The notes beneath the pieces were generated by a model that made no database searches, was not told the DNA's origin, and was given only the letters and a program-made list of their open reading frames with translations. DNA of 64,000 bases from a virus (lineage: Duplodnaviria; Caudoviricetes): IMG/VR virus record IMGVR_UViG_2565956658_000004, positions 39,937-103,936 of that record, one strand, 5' to 3'. The position numbers and the translations under genes are program-made. Positions 59,303 through 64,000 of this stretch are shown here, piece after piece. Each line of letters opens with the position of its first letter. Within the stretch, counting starts at the first letter, position 1.

Positions 59303-59337
59303 AAACCTCGTAACTATTTGAGTTATGAGGTTTTTTA
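59303..59337 (+). terminator. Terminator-like hairpin after the tRNA
   Basis: AACCTCGTAACT...AGTTATGAGGTT-TTTT. Confidence 0.7.
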
Positions 59338-59696
59338 GTGCCTATTGATTGTGTTTCTCACTGCTTTTTATAGACCGCAATGTGGTCTATCGGTTCGATA
59401 ATCCGATGGTCTATCTGTCTGATTGCCTACACAGTGCCTACATATATTCTATGATTTACCCCCAGATCGTTTTCCAAGCATTTTGTCTTGCCATGCGATT
59501 TAGACGTGTCGATGAATCCATGCTTTTGATGTCATCGCATCGTAAAACGCATGGGAAAACATGATGTGTATGGGGGAATTGTGAGATTGCTTGGATTCCT
59601 CGTTTGGGGCAGGAGTTCTAGGGGAAATTGCTGAATGGCGTGGGGGAGTTTTGCTTGTAGAGAACATATCTGCCAGCTTTGCCATTCAGTCTTGTA

Positions 59697-60596
59697 TTAG
59701 TTGATATATGCCTTTAGCCCATCCATCAATTCGCTTTGCAAGCTGTCAGGACTGACGACATGAATATGTGGCATCCAATAGCGAATTAGTGAAAGAAGCT
59801 GTAGTGAACTGACATACTGACTACTGATGAGCAAAGCACCATTATCCATTTCTTTGACAATCTGTTGGAGCGGTAACAGGCTTCGTTGTCGAAAATGATC
59901 TGCAACTTCGGCACTAATGGTTAAAATGGCTTCCTGTTTGTCCTGTCCAAACCAGATACTTTCTTCTGCTTCTAATTGAGTCAGGATTTCTTTGCTATGT
60001 TGGAAAATGGGTTGATCATTGTGAACAACAACATCTTTGACAAAGCTGAGACGGTAGGCTTTTAACTTCTCATCTTTGACGGCTGCCAAATACCAACAGC
60101 TACGATGATTGATGAGCTTATAGGGTTCAAGTAGATGATAGCCACCTTTATAATACAGTGTGATTTTGTGACGATTTAGAATTGCAGGTTCAAGCCGTTC
60201 AAACAAGGCTTTGAACTTTGTACCATCTTCATTAAATTGTCCTTTGCTTTCATACACAGATTTTGCATTTTCATTCAAGATACGGCGTAGGAATTGTCTA
60301 TCCATATTTGGGAATAAATCAGAGACACCTGAAAGCATGGAAAAATGACGAATATCATCATCATTCAACTGCCCTAAATAGTTATCGGGGAGGGTATAAA
60401 GTCCTTGCTCGTTCAATCCCAGCATCGGTAATGCCACCATTAAACGCTCATTAATATCACGTTGTATAGTGCGTTTACTCACGCCATATTGTTCGGCAAG
60501 CTGTTTGGTATCCAGTGCTTTACCCTCATTTAGTTGGCATAGCATATCAGTAATACGTATTGCTAGTTTTACATGCTCATTTTCATTATCTGTCAT
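59697..60596 (-). CDS. wHTH-WYL-WCX transcriptional regulator
   Basis: LAE.YGVS.RTIQRD, EPYKL....WYL.A, YRL motifs. Confidence 0.93.
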   Translation of the reverse strand: MTDNENEHVKLAIRITDMLCQLNEGKALDTKQLAEQYGVSKRTIQRDINERLMVALPMLGLNEQGLYTLPDNYLGQLNDDDIRHFSMLSGVSDLFPNMDRQFLRRILNENAKSVYESKGQFNEDGTKFKALFERLEPAILNRHKITLYYKGGYHLLEPYKLINHRSCWYLAAVKDEKLKAYRLSFVKDVVVHNDQPIFQHSKEILTQLEAEESIWFGQDKQEAILTISAEVADHFRQRSLLPLQQIVKEMDNGALLISSQYVSSLQLLSLIRYWMPHIHVVSPDSLQSELMDGLKAYIN

Positions 60597-60629
60597 TTGA
60601 TTTGTCCAAAAATGAATTTTCCTATATCT

Positions 60630-60661
60630 ATGGTATCTACATAGATAGACAGGTGATGTCG
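60630..60661 (-). promoter_or_regulatory. WYL-box promoter A (faces wyl)
   Basis: CGACATCACCTGTCTA-N10-TACCAT on the minus strand. Confidence 0.7.
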
Positions 60662-60734
60662 CTATTCATAAAAATCATGCCATATCCCTCTGAAAGCTAT
60701 TATTTGATTCTTTTTCCCATTGTCCTATTTGCAA

Positions 60735-60766
60735 CGACATCACCTGTCTATCCCTCCTGTTAGTCT
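60735..60766 (+). promoter_or_regulatory. WYL-box promoter B
   Basis: CGACATCACCTGTCTA-N10-TAGTCT. Confidence 0.72.
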
Positions 60767-60829
60767 TTAAATATCAGTAACAAGATGACTTTACGAATAC
60801 CAAATTTCATTCATAAAGTAGAAAATAAT

Positions 60830-60848
60830 TGTACCTTTATTGGGTACA
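60830..60848. promoter_or_regulatory. Putative XRE operator
   Basis: TGTACC-N7-GGTACA; related copies at 62229, 62256 and 62278. Confidence 0.65.
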
Positions 60849-60930
60849 AATTGTTATGATTTTTATGACTAAAAATACAACTACCTAGTTTGGTTGGAGA
60901 GTCAATCCATCATTATACAAGGAGAAAACA

Positions 60931-61137
60931 ATGGCACATTATGAAGACCAATCTGACATGTTTATGAAAAGAGCTGAAAGCTGCAAAAAGAATGGAGATC
61001 GTTTCTATGCTCAAGCAAAGCAAACAAGTAACAAAGATCAATACAACCAGTTGATGGCGCAAGCTCAAGCCCATTATCAAAGTCAAAAAGAGAATGAAGC
61101 CAAAGCCAAACAACATGCAGGTAAAACTTGGAAATAA
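60931..61137 (+). CDS. 68-aa helical hypothetical protein
   Basis: RBS AGGAG; first gene after promoter B. Confidence 0.75.
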   Translation: MAHYEDQSDMFMKRAESCKKNGDRFYAQAKQTSNKDQYNQLMAQAQAHYQSQKENEAKAKQHAGKTWK

Positions 61138-61191
61138 TCCAAGAATTTACAATGAATACGTCAAATTATTATTTAGAAAAGGGGTAATTTT

Positions 61192-61470
61192 ATGAGTAAC
61201 TTGGAAAAAGTTGTAAAAGCATCAACAGATCTGACATCAGGATTAGTCACAAGAACGACACAGAAGAATTCAGATGGAAGTACAACGACAACAACTGAAG
61301 TAGAACCAAGTAAAGGTGGAGCTATTGCAGGTGCAATGGCAGGTATGGCTGTAGGTTCAATGATTCCTGTTGTTGGTACAGCAATAGGTGGAGTTGTTGG
61401 GGGGCTAATAGGTGGTATTTTTGGACCATCAGATAAAAGTGATAAATCTCATCAGAATAATAATGAGTAA
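61192..61470 (+). CDS. Glycine-zipper membrane protein
   Basis: GAIAGAMAGMAVGS.IPVVGTAIGGVVGGLIGG. Confidence 0.8.
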   Translation: MSNLEKVVKASTDLTSGLVTRTTQKNSDGSTTTTTEVEPSKGGAIAGAMAGMAVGSMIPVVGTAIGGVVGGLIGGIFGPSDKSDKSHQNNNE

Positions 61471-61592
61471 TATTGCATCAGATTGTCAGAATGAGTCGAA
61501 ATATGATTTCTTCTCAGTCTGACAATTACTCATGTAATTAAGAAAGTTTTGCTCACATATTATTTTCATGGTCTATAACTAGAGGAGTGACC

Positions 61593-61739
61593 ATGAAAAA
61601 ATTTTGCTTAGTATTTCGGATTATTTCTAGCGTGCAATTCAATCCATTCTATAAGTCTATTGCGAAGATCATTTATAAAATCGTAGACAGGTTTGTAGAA
61701 AAGATTCCATATTTTTCCAACTCTTTATTTATCCAATAA
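61593..61739 (+). CDS. 48-aa ORF with a hairpin-embedded start
   Basis: AGAGGAG RBS; TTTTCATGGTC/GACCATGAAAA stem. Confidence 0.4.
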   Translation: MKKFCLVFRIISSVQFNPFYKSIAKIIYKIVDRFVEKIPYFSNSLFIQ

Positions 61740-61753
61740 GGGGGAATAGATAT

Positions 61754-61978
61754 ATGGAAGTTTTACAGCAATGGCTGATAGAGCAGCGTGAAAAAAGGAA
61801 ATTAACGATTCAACAGCTCGCACAAAATCTGAATAAACCTGTTTCATATATACACGACATTGAGCAGGGACAACATATTTTAGAGATCGTTGAATTTTTA
61901 CGATATTGCCATGCTTTGGAGGTTGATCACAATCTTGCTATTGAGATTATTCAAGATGAATTGCAAAAACAATCTTAG
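61754..61978 (+). CDS. XRE HTH protein
   Basis: R....LT...LA..L.KP.SYI..IEQG...L..VEF. Confidence 0.88.
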   Translation: MEVLQQWLIEQREKRKLTIQQLAQNLNKPVSYIHDIEQGQHILEIVEFLRYCHALEVDHNLAIEIIQDELQKQS

Positions 61979-62229
61979 CCCTTTGCTTTGTTGATTTCTT
62001 CCTGAATTAAATCCAATCCAGTTTGGGGATTGATTCCAAGCGTATTGCAATACCAAACATATTCCACAATATCCAAACGTCTTTCACCTTGTTCGACTTT
62101 TTGTATGTACGAATGGGGTTTATCCATGCGTTCAGCCAAGCTACGCATAGAAAGATGGTGTAATTTGCGTTCACTCTTGAGCCAATCGATCAGAGTTCGC
62201 ATCTCGTCAGTATAAATACTATTTGTCAT
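61975..62229 (-). CDS. XRE HTH protein, convergent paralogue
   Basis: LS.R.LA....PHSYI.KVEQGERRLD.VEY. Confidence 0.92.
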   Translation of the reverse strand: MTNSIYTDEMRTLIDWLKSERKLHHLSMRSLAERMDKPHSYIQKVEQGERRLDIVEYVWYCNTLGINPQTGLDLIQEEINKAKG

Positions 62230-62340
62230 GTACCTATTTTGAATACATTAAATAATGTACCCAAAATAGATACAAAAAGTACCTAAATTGGGTGCTGATC
62301 TTAAACAATTCTAACCAACCGCTATGTAGGAGAAAATATC

Positions 62341-62816
62341 ATGGGGTTTATGAACAACCTAGCTGCAAGTGTGCTTTCAATTGCAGCTAATTCAAGTGAT
62401 CCTGAAATACAGCAGTCGGCAGAATCATTAAATAATTTACGTGTTGCCACTATTGGCTATACGGATAATGAAAAACAGCAGATTGCAGCCGCAGAAGAAG
62501 CTAAACGTATTGAGGAGCAACAAGCAGAAGAGGCTCGTCAAAAAGCCGAAGCTGAAAAACAACAAGCAGAACAAAACGTCTAGTATTATATATGCAAACC
62601 ACTGAATATAAGCAAAATCTCTGGGTCAATCATAGGAGAAATATCAGAGACATGGCTATACAATTTAAACTTCCACAGGTCATTTTGGCGCAATGCGGCA
62701 ATGCAGTGAGTCAGGAATGTGCCAATCCTATGGCAGTAAATTTTATACAGAAGCTCGATGCTGATGCCAAAAATGAGCTGAAATGGGCATCTAAAAATGA
62801 TTGGAAGATTCGTTAG
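62341..62816 (+). pseudogene. Hypothetical gene split by a 1-nt frameshift near 62575
   Basis: Adding one A to CAAAACGT joins ORFs 62341-62583 and 62592-62816. Confidence 0.45.
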
Positions 62817-62844
62817 AAATATTGCTGTCATACAGAATGGATAA

Positions 62845-62876
62845 CGACATTACCTGTCTACTTGACCTGTTAGTCT
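62845..62876 (+). promoter_or_regulatory. WYL-box promoter C
   Basis: CGACATTACCTGTCTA-N10-TAGTCT. Confidence 0.72.
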
Positions 62877-62958
62877 GTAGATCACAACAGCAGAAATGCA
62901 AATGATGAATAATTCAAATTAATTCATCTAATTTTAAATCTTGATCACAGGGGTATAT

Positions 62959-63411
62959 ATGAAAAAATTTCTTTTAGTTCCAATGCTTTTTCTATGTGCT
63001 AATGGAGTCTATGCTGCTCCAAATATATGGCAAATGGGATATGGACAAGGTATCGCAGAATATTCAATTCAGGATGCCAAAGGGCAAACTTTATGGGTTA
63101 ACTGTAATATTGGAGCAGGAGATGAATATGATCATTCTGTACTGTTCGAGACAAAGACCAAGAGTTATGAAAATACAGACTCTAACTATCCACTCACTTT
63201 TCTCTTAGATGGCAAAACTGAAGTTGCACCATCAGGAACGACCAATTGGCGCAATGGTGCAAATGCTTGGTATGAGTTTTCTCAAGGTATTTCAAAAGCC
63301 AAGAAAATAGAAGTATTCGTCAATAATAAAAAGATGACTACATTTACGCCAGTTGCGAGCAGCATTAAAAGCGTTGCGAAAAATATCTCATCTTGCAAAG
63401 CAAAATGGTAA
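62959..63411 (+). CDS. Secreted hypothetical protein
   Basis: Signal peptide MKKFLL...VYA; W..GYGQG..EY. Confidence 0.8.
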   Translation: MKKFLLVPMLFLCANGVYAAPNIWQMGYGQGIAEYSIQDAKGQTLWVNCNIGAGDEYDHSVLFETKTKSYENTDSNYPLTFLLDGKTEVAPSGTTNWRNGANAWYEFSQGISKAKKIEVFVNNKKMTTFTPVASSIKSVAKNISSCKAKW

Positions 63412-63441
63412 ATCATTTAACTAAAATCAAAGGATTCAATT

Positions 63442-63747
63442 ATGAAATTTCTAAATCTAGTCGCTGTCATTTCTATGCTCTCTATGTCTTCTGCATACGC
63501 TGCGACATTAAATGTAAAAATGAAGAAAAATACTCAGTGGGGAGAAGAATCTGCTCAATTAGCGACTGATAAAGGGCTGATTTCCATTTATGCTATGGAA
63601 TTAACCAAGAAACAGGCAAATGATCTAAATATGCTGAGAAAAGGTAATTGCGCTCAAATCAAAGCCAAAGATCAGACCTTAGAAAAATCTGATGGTGTAA
63701 TATCTATTATGGAATTTGAGTCTGCAAAAACAGTAAAGTGTAAATAA
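63442..63747 (+). CDS. Secreted hypothetical protein
   Basis: Signal peptide ending AYA; two Cys. Confidence 0.78.
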   Translation: MKFLNLVAVISMLSMSSAYAATLNVKMKKNTQWGEESAQLATDKGLISIYAMELTKKQANDLNMLRKGNCAQIKAKDQTLEKSDGVISIMEFESAKTVKCK

Positions 63748-64000
63748 ACCTGATGCTGTATTCATAAATTGTAATCGTCCTCATTTGGCATAGATATTAT
63801 TTTCATGGTGATTCAATCAAGGAGCAAACACCATGAAAAAACATTATCCAGAGCTTGAACAAGTATGTGAGGTTATGGACAACATTCCTCATCCCAAGTG
63901 TCAAAACTTGGCGAATAGTATCCGTACCTGTAATAGGATTGATGCCAGTTATCAGGAAAAAGCTGCTGCTGTACTGATTGCAGTCTTACAATTTATTTAA

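Larger units (their letters stand above)
59297..64000. mobile_element. Start of a second tRNA-linked genomic island
   Basis: GGTCTAT/GCCTAC short repeats at about 59370-59451 and accessory gene content. Confidence 0.55.

Noticed and set aside
59491-59556. GTCATCGCAT resembling an I-F repeat near the tRNA
   Set aside because: No matching 3' stem arm or TTAGAAA handle, and no second copy at 60-nt spacing
61611-61619. GTATTTCGG match to the start of the array-2 spacer
   Set aside because: 9 nt only, with no CC PAM

Overview
AT-rich, Acinetobacter-like DNA made up entirely of mobile elements. (1) Bases 1-24225 plus 58699-59219 are the late, lysis and integrase end of a podovirus-type temperate prophage. 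It carries DNA-ejection/large polyvalent (PLxRFG) proteins, a holin and lysozyme, SRAP and a tyrosine integrase, and ends at a tRNA(CAT) at 59220-59296. Its cargo includes two TA-like pairs, a P22-immI-like arc/antirepressor/antisense-RNA switch, two cas-less type I-F CRISPR mini-arrays with different repeat families (4480-4567 on -, 17018-17105 on +), and a membrane protein that carries a 70/71-nt copy of the N-terminus of the neighbouring ejection protein. (2) An apparently complete 34,473-bp transposable (Mu/B3/BcepMu-like) contractile-tailed prophage (24226-58698; TG...CA ends; 6-bp TGCGTT target duplication) sits inside that integrase gene. It encodes Acb2, six copies of a late-promoter motif, a split tail sheath with a GGGAAAG frameshift extension, and a promoter-driven tRNA-shaped RNA next to a C-terminally extended MuF gene. 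(3) Right of the tRNA a second island begins with a WYL regulator, three DriD/PafBC-like promoters and XRE operators upstream of small and secreted proteins. All family assignments were made by eye from motifs; no database search was run.
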